From Eledone cirrhosa (Eukaryota): DNA of 64,000 nucleotides. This document shows positions 1-13,546 of this stretch, piece after piece. Numbering within the stretch: the stretch's first letter is position 1; each line of letters starts with the position of its first letter. The notes under the pieces are model-generated. The model was not told where the DNA came from. It worked only from the letters and a program-made list of their open reading frames with translations, and made no database searches. A program made the translations under genes and the position numbers. The DNA lies in NCBI GenBank assembly GCA_964016885.1, contig OZ024760.1:14012001-14076000 (forward strand), read 5' to 3'.

Positions 1-85
1 GTACTGGGATACATGTTACCAGTAGCACCAACTGGTGACCTGACATAATATATATGTATGTACATATATATCTATACACACACAC

Positions 86-520
86 AAGTGAGATGCGCGA
101 TGCTGCATGGTAGTGAGACATGGACAGCAACTGCAGAGGGTATGCGATGGCTGGAGAGAAATGAAGCAAGCACGCTCCGTTGGATGTGCAATGTCAATGT
201 GCGGGAACGACCAAGCATAAACGAGTTGAGAGAGAAACTGTGTTTAAGAGGGATAAGTTGTGGTGTGCAAGAGAGGACTGAGATGGTATGGACATGTGAT
301 GCGCATGGAGGTTGAGCGCTGGGTAAAGAAGGGAGACGCAGTAGAGGAAGACCACGAAAAACATGGGTGGAGGTGGTGAGAGCCGACTTCAGATCGCTGA
401 AACTCACCAAGGAGATGACGAAGGACCGTGACAAGTGAAGCGATGCTTTGCTCAAGAGGACCTGTCCCACCCTTTCAAGCAGGGAAAAGCGGACGTAAAA
501 TGATGAACAGACGATGATAA
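86..520 (+). mobile_element. RTE-clade LINE 3' end, degenerate (recurs in every tandem unit)
   Basis: MLHGSETW...LERNEASTLRWMCNV, RGRPRKTW, then the tail cccaccctttcaagcagggaaaagcggacgtaaaatgatga. Confidence 0.9.
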
Positions 521-979
521 TGATGCTCTCTATATATCTATCTCTCTATCAATCTATCCAGATATCTGTGCATCAGTCTATCTATAAACACCCTCCTGCA
601 CTTCTCACTCCGTCTCAGGATCACCGAGACATCACCAACAACCAACCCACGCTGTGGGAAACAGTCCTCCCCGGGGCACACCCTGGTACTTCACACCATC
701 TGTCTGTCTCGCTGCCTAACTACCGAGAAATCCGGCTTCTGTGCTTGCCTAATTTGTAGGTTATTAGGCAGTTGGCAGGTTTGCGGAAGTTGGTTTTGCA
801 AATGGTTAAAACACTTGCATCACAAAATTCAAATAGCATCACTCCTTGTTTTATCTTTCTCGTCTTTACCTAGGCCTGCATAAGTTAGTGTTACGGTTAG
901 TGTTACTGTTAGCGTTACGGCTAGTTTTAGGGTTAATTGAGAGCAAGAAACTGCTGCTAGGTAAAGACAAGAAATTCTG

Positions 980-1960
980 CATTTACAAGCAATTTTTACA
1001 AACAGCCACAATGACAGGACGGAGACATCGTTATGCTAGCAGGGGATTTCAATGGTCATGTTGGACAGCTCTACGATGGTTACACTGAGGTACATGTTGG
1101 GCACACTTACGGCTTAAGAAATGAAGCAGTGAAACTTCTTGAATTTTGCGATGCAATTGCACTAACCATCTACAACACTAACTTACACAAATCTGCCAAC
1201 CACCTAATAACCTACAAATCAGGCAAGCACATAAGCCAGATTGACTTCTTGCTAGTTAGGCAGCGGGACAGGCAGATGGTGTCAAATACAAAGGCATACC
1301 CCGGGGAAGAATGTACCCCAAGCAAGAGACTGAATGAGACATACAGGAAGGTGTGGAAAAAAGAAAGGTCTGGAAGCTAAAAGAGCTCTCACTAAAATAC
1401 AAATTTAGGAAAGCCCTTCAATATGTGTATGATGAAAAAGAAGACCATTTAGAGTCGTACAACATAGATGATAACTGGAATTTCTTATGCGATACCTTAC
1501 TGCAGGTTACTGATGAAACTTGTGGCTGGATCAGAGTTCCAACCAGACAGAGAGTGACATGGTGGTGGGACAGCACGGTAGATCGGGCCATTGGAGACTA
1601 AAGACTAGCATGGAATGCTTGCAAAATTAGTGCGAGTAGAGAAGAATATACAGCCGCTAAGAGAGAAGCTAGACGTCAGGTGTACTTAGCATGCAAGGAG
1701 GCTGCTCGACGACGTGCGCTGTTCCGTACTGCGAGGCAGTGTGTCAGTGCAAATCGGGATTAAGTCTGTCCGCAATGATGCCGCTGTACTTTGTGTCACG
1801 AATGAGTGTTGATGAGTAGAAAAGAGGACAAAACTCTATTCCGTCAGGGAAATGGCCATGTTCGATATGCAGAAACGGAACTGGCATAAATTATATAAAA
1901 CGTACACAAAAGATCGAGTGCGATAGCAGGCACGTAGTGGGATAGCAGGCAAACTAACAG
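980..1960 (+). mobile_element. RTE LINE fragment: APE endonuclease C-half, linker and a PHD-finger remnant (recurs in each unit)
   Basis: LAGDFNGHVG, LLEFCDA, ITYKSG..SQIDFLL, TWWWDSTV; PSGKWPCSICRNG at about 1840-1880; frameshifted. Confidence 0.9.
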
Positions 1961-2676
1961 CATATTTTGATTATAATAAAACAAATAATAATAGTAATAA
2001 TAATAATAATAATCGTCATTGTTCTTTTCTTCTGTGCCTTTCTTTGCCTTCTCTGTCATCTGAATAACAAAAATAAAAGAAAAAAAAGAATCTTAAACAT
2101 ATGTTGCCTTTACAAAGTGCTGTGATCAAAGTAGCTTTTAAGCAATTTCCTAACTAACAAACAACATCAACAAAATATATACAAATATCTTTGAATGTCA
2201 AGTCCACCAAGAGAAAATAGTCATAATGTACTTACAGATACAATGCTAGGGACTCGCATCAATGAGTTTTAGTAGAAAATGACTGACTGACTGTTGAGGG
2301 ACAGAGGTGCGTTTTCAAATATTTATCAATTCACAACAAAGCCTCACAAAGCTACATCATAATGCAAACTCACAACACCCTTCTTATGCAACCTCACCAA
2401 GCAACCCCACAACACAACCTCACGTTCACAATTCACAACACTCAACAAGGCATTCGTTATCTAGGGTTTACAGTAAACATAGCGAGGTAAAACACACCCA
2501 GTACACTCTGTAAAGTGGTCATTAGGTTAAGATTAAACTGAAATCATACCTCCATTGTCGTTGGCGTATATTTTCTCTAAAACTTAATTTCATTGCTTTC
2601 ATTTCTCTTCTTTTTCTTCTATTCCATCTAAATATGAAAAAAATTATACAGGTCATTTCGTCTTATCAAGAGGTCC

Positions 2677-2713
<37 letters not shown>

Positions 2714-2926
2714 GAGATAATACCTTAAAATAATGGTAAAAAAAGTGTTTAATTACGAAAATCCTTTGAAATAACTTCCTCGCTCTTACTGGTCATACCT
2801 GCAAAACACAAAACACTAGCGTTAGCGTGAACAGTGCAGTGCAGTGCAATTTAGTATGGTGCAGTTTAGTGGCACAGTACACTGTAAAACATTTAGCCAA
2901 TCTCTCAGACATTTACAAATCTTTCA

Positions 2927-2962
<36 letters not shown>

Positions 2963-2966
<4 letters not shown>

Positions 2967-3470
2967 GAGAGAGAGAAATTACCCTCAGTAGATCAGACAG
3001 AGGGACCAGCTATTGAGATTAACGAATATAGGGTCCAAGAGGCGATTAAGGAAATGAAAAATGGTGAGGCTGCTGGACCATCGGAGATAGTTGCTGAGAT
3101 GCTGAAGGCCTCAGGGGACGTAGGCACTAAACTGGTTGCACACATCATCAATCAGGCTATATATGGCAGTGTCATACCCAAAGACTAGTGCAAAAGTAAA
3201 GGGGACGCTCTTGAGAGGAGAAATTATAGGGATATAAAACTGATGGATCAGGTTATGAAAGTGGCAGAAAGGATATTAGCACAACTAATTAGAGAAAGGG
3301 TCAAACTAGATGAGATGCAGTTTGGTTTTGTGCCTGGGAATAGTACAACAGATGCCCTCTTCTTGATGAGACAATTACAAGAGAGGTTCTTAGAGAAAAA
3401 TAAGCCACTATACTTAGCCTTTGTTGACCTAGAGAAGGCCTTTGATAGGGTACGCCGATCTGTCATCTTA
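2963..3470 (+). mobile_element. RTE LINE reverse transcriptase N-terminal fragment (recurs in units 2-3)
   Basis: KEMKNGEAAGPSEIVAEMLK, NYR.IKLMDQVMKV, QFGFVPG.STTDA, AFVDLEKAFDRV; in-frame stop at about 3186. Confidence 0.92.
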
Positions 3471-3476
3471 TTATTT

Positions 3477-3628
3477 AACCTATAAATGGGGCCCCAACAG
3501 GTACTACTACACCAGGCCAGAGCAGACCTGGGAGTTATGACAACTAAGGGGGTAACTCCACGTTCCCCACAGTTCCTCCTGAACTTGAGCCTTGCCACTG
3601 GATGTAGTTTAATGTCATACCCAGGACA
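3477..3628 (-). repeat. Short interspersed repeat of unknown class (tgtcctgggtatgacattaaac... on minus); also in units 2-3 and at about 14065-14217
   Basis: GC-richer block that truncates the RT fragment and abuts (TA)n; repeated in the window. Confidence 0.55.
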
Positions 3629-6329
3629 AATATATACATACATATATATATATATACATACACACATATATATATATATATATATATACATATATACAAA
3701 TATATATATGCGTACGAAAGTGTGGTTACATGATGCCTATGCGAGATGTGCGACCCTGCATGGTAGTGAGACATGGACAGCAACTGCAGAGGGTATGCGA
3801 TGGCTGGAGAGAAATGAAGCAAGCACGCTCCGTTGGATGTGCAATGTCAATGTGCGGGAACGACCAAGCATAAACGAGTTGAGAGAGAAACTGTGTTTAA
3901 GAGGGATAAGTTGTGGTGTGCAAGAGAGGACTGAGATGGTATGGACATGTGATGCGCATGGAGGTTGAGCGCTGGGTAAAGAAGGGAGACGCAGTAGAGG
4001 AAGACCACGAAAAACATGGGTGGAGGTGGTGAGAGCCGACTTCAGATCGCTGAAACTCACCAAGGAGATGACGAAGGACCGTGACAAGTGAAGCGATGCT
4101 TTGCTCAAGAGGACCTGTCCCACCCTTTCAAGCAGGGAAAAGCGGACGTAAAATGATGAACAGACGATGATAATGATGCTCTCTATATATCTATCTCTCT
4201 ATCAATCTATCCAGATATCTGTGCATCAGTCTATCTATAAACACCCTCCTGCACTTCTCACTCCGTCTCAGGATCACCGAGACATCACCAACAACCAACC
4301 CACGCTGTGGGAAACAGTCCTCCCCGGGGCACACCCTGGTACTTCACACCATCTGTCTGTCTCGCTGCCTAACTACCGAGAAATCCGGCTTCTGTGCTTG
4401 CCTAATTTGTAGGTTATTAGGCAGTTGGCAGGTTTGCGGAAGTTGGTTTTGCAAATGGTTAAAACACTTGCATCACAAAATTCAAATAGCATCACTCCTT
4501 GTTTTATCTTTCTCGTCTTTACCTAGGCCTGCATAAGTTAGTGTTACGGTTAGTGTTACTGTTAGCGTTACGGCTAGTTTTAGGGTTAATTGAGAGCAAG
4601 AAACTGCTGCTAGGTAAAGACAAGAAATTCTGCATTTACAAGCAATTTTTACAAACAGCCACAATGACAGGACGGAGACATCGTTATGCTAGCAGGGGAT
4701 TTCAATGGTCATGTTGGACAGCTCTACGATGGTTACACTGAGGTACATGTTGGGCACACTTACGGCTTAAGAAATGAAGCAGTGAAACTTCTTGAATTTT
4801 GCGATGCAATTGCACTAACCATCTACAACACTAACTTACACAAATCTGCCAACCACCTAATAACCTACAAATCAGGCAAGCACATAAGCCAGATTGACTT
4901 CTTGCTAGTTAGGCAGCGGGACAGGCAGATGGTGTCAAATACAAAGGCATACCCCGGGGAAGAATGTACCCCAAGCAAGAGACTGAATGAGACATACAGG
5001 AAGGTGTGGAAAAAAGAAAGGTCTGGAAGCTAAAAGAGCTCTCACTAAAATACAAATTTAGGAAAGCCCTTCAATATGTGTATGATGAAAAAGAAGACCA
5101 TTTAGAGTCGTACAACATAGATGATAACTGGAATTTCTTATGCGATACCTTACTGCAGGTTACTGATGAAACTTGTGGCTGGATCAGAGTTCCAACCAGA
5201 CAGAGAGTGACATGGTGGTGGGACAGCACGGTAGATCGGGCCATTGGAGACTAAAGACTAGCATGGAATGCTTGCAAAATTAGTGCGAGTAGAGAAGAAT
5301 ATACAGCCGCTAAGAGAGAAGCTAGACGTCAGGTGTACTTAGCATGCAAGGAGGCTGCTCGACGACGTGCGCTGTTCCGTACTGCGAGGCAGTGTGTCAG
5401 TGCAAATCGGGATTAAGTCTGTCCGCAATGATGCCGCTGTACTTTGTGTCACGAATGAGTGTTGATGAGTAGAAAAGAGGACAAAACTCTATTCCGTCAG
5501 GGAAATGGCCATGTTCGATATGCAGAAACGGAACTGGCATAAATTATATAAAACGTACACAAAAGATCGAGTGCGATAGCAGGCACGTAGTGGGATAGCA
5601 GGCAAACTAACAGCATATTTTGATTATAATAAAACAAATAATAATAGTAATAATAATAATAATAATCGTCATTGTTCTTTTCTTCTGTGCCTTTCTTTGC
5701 CTTCTCTGTCATCTGAATAACAAAAATAAAAGAAAAAAAAGAATCTTAAACATATGTTGCCTTTACAAAGTGCTGTGATCAAAGTAGCTTTTAAGCAATT
5801 TCCTAACTAACAAACAACATCAACAAAATATATACAAATATCTTTGAATGTCAAGTCCACCAAGAGAAAATAGTCATAATGTACTTACAGATACAATGCT
5901 AGGGACTCGCATCAATGAGTTTTAGTAGAAAATGACTGACTGACTGTTGAGGGACAGAGGTGCGTTTTCAAATATTTATCAATTCACAACAAAGCCTCAC
6001 AAAGCTACATCATAATGCAAACTCACAACACCCTTCTTATGCAACCTCACCAAGCAACCCCACAACACAACCTCACGTTCACAATTCACAACACTCAACA
6101 AGGCATTCGTTATCTAGGGTTTACAGTAAACATAGCGAGGTAAAACACACCCAGTACACTCTGTAAAGTGGTCATTAGGTTAAGATTAAACTGAAATCAT
6201 ACCTCCATTGTCGTTGGCGTATATTTTCTCTAAAACTTAATTTCATTGCTTTCATTTCTCTTCTTTTTCTTCTATTCCATCTAAATATGAAAAAAATTAT
6301 ACAGGTCATTTCGTCTTATCAAGAGGTCC

Positions 6330-6366
<37 letters not shown>

Positions 6367-6579
6367 GAGATAATACCTTAAAATAATGGTAAAAAAAGTG
6401 TTTAATTACGAAAATCCTTTGAAATAACTTCCTCGCTCTTACTGGTCATACCTGCAAAACACAAAACACTAGCGTTAGCGTGAACAGTGCAGTGCAGTGC
6501 AATTTAGTATGGTGCAGTTTAGTGGCACAGTACACTGTAAAACATTTAGCCAATCTCTCAGACATTTACAAATCTTTCA

Positions 6580-6619
<40 letters not shown>

Positions 6620-7312
6620 GAGAGAGAGAAATTACCCTCAGTAGATCAGACAGAGGGACCAGCTATTGAGATTAACGAATATAGGGTCCAAGAGGCGATT
6701 AAGGAAATGAAAAATGGTGAGGCTGCTGGACCATCGGAGATAGTTGCTGAGATGCTGAAGGCCTCAGGGGACGTAGGCACTAAACTGGTTGCACACATCA
6801 TCAATCAGGCTATATATGGCAGTGTCATACCCAAAGACTAGTGCAAAAGTAAAGGGGACGCTCTTGAGAGGAGAAATTATAGGGATATAAAACTGATGGA
6901 TCAGGTTATGAAAGTGGCAGAAAGGATATTAGCACAACTAATTAGAGAAAGGGTCAAACTAGATGAGATGCAGTTTGGTTTTGTGCCTGGGAATAGTACA
7001 ACAGATGCCCTCTTCTTGATGAGACAATTACAAGAGAGGTTCTTAGAGAAAAATAAGCCACTATACTTAGCCTTTGTTGACCTAGAGAAGGCCTTTGATA
7101 GGGTACGCCGATCTGTCATCTTATTATTTAACCTATAAATGGGGCCCCAACAGGTACTACTACACCAGGCCAGAGCAGACCTGGGAGTTATGACAACTAA
7201 GGGGGTAACTCCACGTTCCCCACAGTTCCTCCTGAACTTGAGCCTTGCCACTGGATGTAGTTTAATGTCATACCCAGGACAAATATATACATACATATAT
7301 ATATATATACAT

Positions 7313-7349
<37 letters not shown>

Positions 7350-9984
7350 TACAAATATATATATGCGTACGAAAGTGTGGTTACATGATGCCTATGCGAG
7401 ATGTGCGACCCTGCATGGTAGTGAGACATGGACAGCAACTGCAGAGGGTATGCGATGGCTGGAGAGAAATGAAGCAAGCACGCTCCGTTGGATGTGCAAT
7501 GTCAATGTGCGGGAACGACCAAGCATAAACGAGTTGAGAGAGAAACTGTGTTTAAGAGGGATAAGTTGTGGTGTGCAAGAGAGGACTGAGATGGTATGGA
7601 CATGTGATGCGCATGGAGGTTGAGCGCTGGGTAAAGAAGGGAGACGCAGTAGAGGAAGACCACGAAAAACATGGGTGGAGGTGGTGAGAGCCGACTTCAG
7701 ATCGCTGAAACTCACCAAGGAGATGACGAAGGACCGTGACAAGTGAAGCGATGCTTTGCTCAAGAGGACCTGTCCCACCCTTTCAAGCAGGGAAAAGCGG
7801 ACGTAAAATGATGAACAGACGATGATAATGATGCTCTCTATATATCTATCTCTCTATCAATCTATCCAGATATCTGTGCATCAGTCTATCTATAAACACC
7901 CTCCTGCACTTCTCACTCCGTCTCAGGATCACCGAGACATCACCAACAACCAACCCACGCTGTGGGAAACAGTCCTCCCCGGGGCACACCCTGGTACTTC
8001 ACACCATCTGTCTGTCTCGCTGCCTAACTACCGAGAAATCCGGCTTCTGTGCTTGCCTAATTTGTAGGTTATTAGGCAGTTGGCAGGTTTGCGGAAGTTG
8101 GTTTTGCAAATGGTTAAAACACTTGCATCACAAAATTCAAATAGCATCACTCCTTGTTTTATCTTTCTCGTCTTTACCTAGGCCTGCATAAGTTAGTGTT
8201 ACGGTTAGTGTTACTGTTAGCGTTACGGCTAGTTTTAGGGTTAATTGAGAGCAAGAAACTGCTGCTAGGTAAAGACAAGAAATTCTGCATTTACAAGCAA
8301 TTTTTACAAACAGCCACAATGACAGGACGGAGACATCGTTATGCTAGCAGGGGATTTCAATGGTCATGTTGGACAGCTCTACGATGGTTACACTGAGGTA
8401 CATGTTGGGCACACTTACGGCTTAAGAAATGAAGCAGTGAAACTTCTTGAATTTTGCGATGCAATTGCACTAACCATCTACAACACTAACTTACACAAAT
8501 CTGCCAACCACCTAATAACCTACAAATCAGGCAAGCACATAAGCCAGATTGACTTCTTGCTAGTTAGGCAGCGGGACAGGCAGATGGTGTCAAATACAAA
8601 GGCATACCCCGGGGAAGAATGTACCCCAAGCAAGAGACTGAATGAGACATACAGGAAGGTGTGGAAAAAAGAAAGGTCTGGAAGCTAAAAGAGCTCTCAC
8701 TAAAATACAAATTTAGGAAAGCCCTTCAATATGTGTATGATGAAAAAGAAGACCATTTAGAGTCGTACAACATAGATGATAACTGGAATTTCTTATGCGA
8801 TACCTTACTGCAGGTTACTGATGAAACTTGTGGCTGGATCAGAGTTCCAACCAGACAGAGAGTGACATGGTGGTGGGACAGCACGGTAGATCGGGCCATT
8901 GGAGACTAAAGACTAGCATGGAATGCTTGCAAAATTAGTGCGAGTAGAGAAGAATATACAGCCGCTAAGAGAGAAGCTAGACGTCAGGTGTACTTAGCAT
9001 GCAAGGAGGCTGCTCGACGACGTGCGCTGTTCCGTACTGCGAGGCAGTGTGTCAGTGCAAATCGGGATTAAGTCTGTCCGCAATGATGCCGCTGTACTTT
9101 GTGTCACGAATGAGTGTTGATGAGTAGAAAAGAGGACAAAACTCTATTCCGTCAGGGAAATGGCCATGTTCGATATGCAGAAACGGAACTGGCATAAATT
9201 ATATAAAACGTACACAAAAGATCGAGTGCGATAGCAGGCACGTAGTGGGATAGCAGGCAAACTAACAGCATATTTTGATTATAATAAAACAAATAATAAT
9301 AGTAATAATAATAATAATAATCGTCATTGTTCTTTTCTTCTGTGCCTTTCTTTGCCTTCTCTGTCATCTGAATAACAAAAATAAAAGAAAAAAAAGAATC
9401 TTAAACATATGTTGCCTTTACAAAGTGCTGTGATCAAAGTAGCTTTTAAGCAATTTCCTAACTAACAAACAACATCAACAAAATATATACAAATATCTTT
9501 GAATGTCAAGTCCACCAAGAGAAAATAGTCATAATGTACTTACAGATACAATGCTAGGGACTCGCATCAATGAGTTTTAGTAGAAAATGACTGACTGACT
9601 GTTGAGGGACAGAGGTGCGTTTTCAAATATTTATCAATTCACAACAAAGCCTCACAAAGCTACATCATAATGCAAACTCACAACACCCTTCTTATGCAAC
9701 CTCACCAAGCAACCCCACAACACAACCTCACGTTCACAATTCACAACACTCAACAAGGCATTCGTTATCTAGGGTTTACAGTAAACATAGCGAGGTAAAA
9801 CACACCCAGTACACTCTGTAAAGTGGTCATTAGGTTAAGATTAAACTGAAATCATACCTCCATTGTCGTTGGCGTATATTTTCTCTAAAACTTAATTTCA
9901 TTGCTTTCATTTCTCTTCTTTTTCTTCTATTCCATCTAAATATGAAAAAAATTATACAGGTCATTTCGTCTTATCAAGAGGTCC

Positions 9985-10021
<37 letters not shown>

Positions 10022-10234
10022 GAGATAATACCTTAAAATAATGGTAAAAAAAGTGTTTAATTACGAAAATCCTTTGAAATAACTTCCTCGCTCTTACTGG
10101 TCATACCTGCAAAACACAAAACACTAGCGTTAGCGTGAACAGTGCAGTGCAGTGCAATTTAGTATGGTGCAGTTTAGTGGCACAGTACACTGTAAAACAT
10201 TTAGCCAATCTCTCAGACATTTACAAATCTTTCA

Positions 10235-10274
<40 letters not shown>

Positions 10275-10967
10275 GAGAGAGAGAAATTACCCTCAGTAGA
10301 TCAGACAGAGGGACCAGCTATTGAGATTAACGAATATAGGGTCCAAGAGGCGATTAAGGAAATGAAAAATGGTGAGGCTGCTGGACCATCGGAGATAGTT
10401 GCTGAGATGCTGAAGGCCTCAGGGGACGTAGGCACTAAACTGGTTGCACACATCATCAATCAGGCTATATATGGCAGTGTCATACCCAAAGACTAGTGCA
10501 AAAGTAAAGGGGACGCTCTTGAGAGGAGAAATTATAGGGATATAAAACTGATGGATCAGGTTATGAAAGTGGCAGAAAGGATATTAGCACAACTAATTAG
10601 AGAAAGGGTCAAACTAGATGAGATGCAGTTTGGTTTTGTGCCTGGGAATAGTACAACAGATGCCCTCTTCTTGATGAGACAATTACAAGAGAGGTTCTTA
10701 GAGAAAAATAAGCCACTATACTTAGCCTTTGTTGACCTAGAGAAGGCCTTTGATAGGGTACGCCGATCTGTCATCTTATTATTTAACCTATAAATGGGGC
10801 CCCAACAGGTACTACTACACCAGGCCAGAGCAGACCTGGGAGTTATGACAACTAAGGGGGTAACTCCACGTTCCCCACAGTTCCTCCTGAACTTGAGCCT
10901 TGCCACTGGATGTAGTTTAATGTCATACCCAGGACAAATATATACATACATATATATATATATACAT

Positions 10968-11004
<37 letters not shown>

Positions 11005-12632
11005 TACAAATATATATATGCGTACGAAAGTGTGGTTACATGATGCCTATGCGAGATGTGCGACCCTGCATGGTAGTGAGACATGGACAGCAACTGCAGA
11101 GGGTATGCGATGGCTGGAGAGAAATGAAGCAAGCACGCTCCGTTGGATGTGCAATGTCAATGTGCGGGAACGACCAAGCATAAACGAGTTGAGAGAGAAA
11201 CTGTGTTTAAGAGGGATAAGTTGTGGTGTGCAAGAGAGGACTGAGATGGTATGGACATGTGATGCGCATGGAGGTTGAGCGCTGGGTAAAGAAGGGAGAC
11301 GCAGTAGAGGAAGACCACGAAAAACATGGGTGGAGGTGGTGAGAGCCGACTTCAGATCGCTGAAACTCACCAAGGAGATGACGAAGGACCGTGACAAGTG
11401 AAGCGATGCTTTGCTCAAGAGGACCTGTCCCACCCTTTCAAGCAGGGAAAAGCGGACGTAAAATGATGAACAGACGATGATAATGATGCTCTCTATATAT
11501 CTATCTCTCTATCAATCTATCCAGATATCTGTGCATCAGTCTATCTATAAACACCCTCCTGCACTTCTCACTCCGTCTCAGGATCACCGAGACATCACCA
11601 ACAACCAACCCACGCTGTGGGAAACAGTCCTCCCCGGGGCACACCCTGGTACTTCACACCATCTGTCTGTCTCGCTGCCTAACTACCGAGAAATCCGGCT
11701 TCTGTGCTTGCCTAATTTGTAGGTTATTAGGCAGTTGGCAGGTTTGCGGAAGTTGGTTTTGCAAATGGTTAAAACACTTGCATCACAAAATTCAAATAGC
11801 ATCACTCCTTGTTTTATCTTTCTCGTCTTTACCTAGGCCTGCATAAGTTAGTGTTACGGTTAGTGTTACTGTTAGCGTTACGGCTAGTTTTAGGGTTAAT
11901 TGAGAGCAAGAAACTGCTGCTAGGTAAAGACAAGAAATTCTGCATTTACAAGCAATTTTTACAAACAGCCACAATGACAGGACGGAGACATCGTTATGCT
12001 AGCAGGGGATTTCAATGGTCATGTTGGACAGCTCTACGATGGTTACACTGAGGTACATGTTGGGCACACTTACGGCTTAAGAAATGAAGCAGTGAAACTT
12101 CTTGAATTTTGCGATGCAATTGCACTAACCATCTACAACACTAACTTACACAAATCTGCCAACCACCTAATAACCTACAAATCAGGCAAGCACATAAGCC
12201 AGATTGACTTCTTGCTAGTTAGGCAGCGGGACAGGCAGATGGTGTCAAATACAAAGGCATACCCCGGGGAAGAATGTACCCCAAGCAAGAGACTGAATGA
12301 GACATACAGGAAGGTGTGGAAAAAAGAAAGGTCTGGAAGCTAAAAGAGCTCTCACTAAAATACAAATTTAGGAAAGCCCTTCAATATGTGTATGATGAAA
12401 AAGAAGACCATTTAGAGTCGTACAACATAGATGATAACTGGAATTTCTTATGCGATACCTTACTGCAGGTTACTGATGAAACTTGTGGCTGGATCAGAGT
12501 TCCAACCAGACAGAGAGTGACATGGTGGTGGGACAGCACGGTAGATCGGGCCATTGGAGACTAAAGACTAGCATGGAATGCTTGCAAAATTAGTGCGAGT
12601 AGAGAAGAATATACAGCCGCTAAGAGAGAAGC

Positions 12633-13489
12633 CAGAGGTTAGGTGTACTTAGCACGCAAGGAGGCTGCTCGACAAGAAGATCAAAGACGCGCCGTGTTCC
12701 GTATTGCGAGGCCGTGTGTCAGTGCAAATCGAGATTAAGTTTGTCTGCTTAATGATGCCGGCGTACTTAGTTTTACGGATGGTCAGAAAAAAAAGGCCTG
12801 GAAATGTCATTAAGAGAGACTGATGAATGTGGAGACCCAATGTGAGAAAGAGAGAAATTACCCCCCCAGTACATCCGACAGAGGGATCAGCTATTCAGAT
12901 TGACGAATATATGGTCTAAGAGGCGATTAAGGAAATGAATAATGGTAAGGCCGCTGGACCGTCAGGAATAGTTGCCGAGATGCTGCAGGCATCAGGGGAC
13001 ATAGGCACTCAACTGGTTGCACGCTTCATCAAATCAGGCTATATATGTCGGTTTTGTACTCAAAGACTGCTGCAGCAATATTCTCGTAAATTGCTACAAA
13101 GGTAAAGGAGATGCTCTGGACATGAGCAATTATAGAGGAATAAAGCTGATGGATCAGGTTGTGAAAGTGGCAGAAAGGATATTAGCGCAACTAATTATAG
13201 AAAGGGTCCAACTAGATGCGATGCAGTTTGGTTATGTGCCTGGGAAAAGTGCAACAGATACCCTCTTAGCGAGACAACTACAAGAGAGGTTATTAGAAGC
13301 CACTATACTTAGCTTTTGTTGAAATAACTTCCTTTCTCTTACTGATCATAACTGCAAAATAGAAAACAGTAGCGTTAGCGTGAACAGTACAGTGCAGTGT
13401 AGTGTAGTGTGATTTAGTATGGTGCAGTTTAGTGGCACAGTACACTGTAAAACATTTAGCCAATCTCTCAGACATTTACAAATATTTTA

Positions 13490-13546
<57 letters not shown>

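Larger units (their letters stand above)
103..12632. repeat. Tandem array of a 3653-3655 bp mosaic unit, about 3.4 copies (starts at 103, 3756, 7411, 11066)
   Basis: Identical ORFs recur at +3653, +7308 and +10963; the only difference noticed is 2 bp in a (TA)n run; identity starts at 103 and stops at 12632. Confidence 0.98.

Noticed and set aside
2681-2711. 31-nt poly(A) suggesting a retrocopy
   Set aside because: No upstream AATAAA, coding similarity or target-site duplication found.
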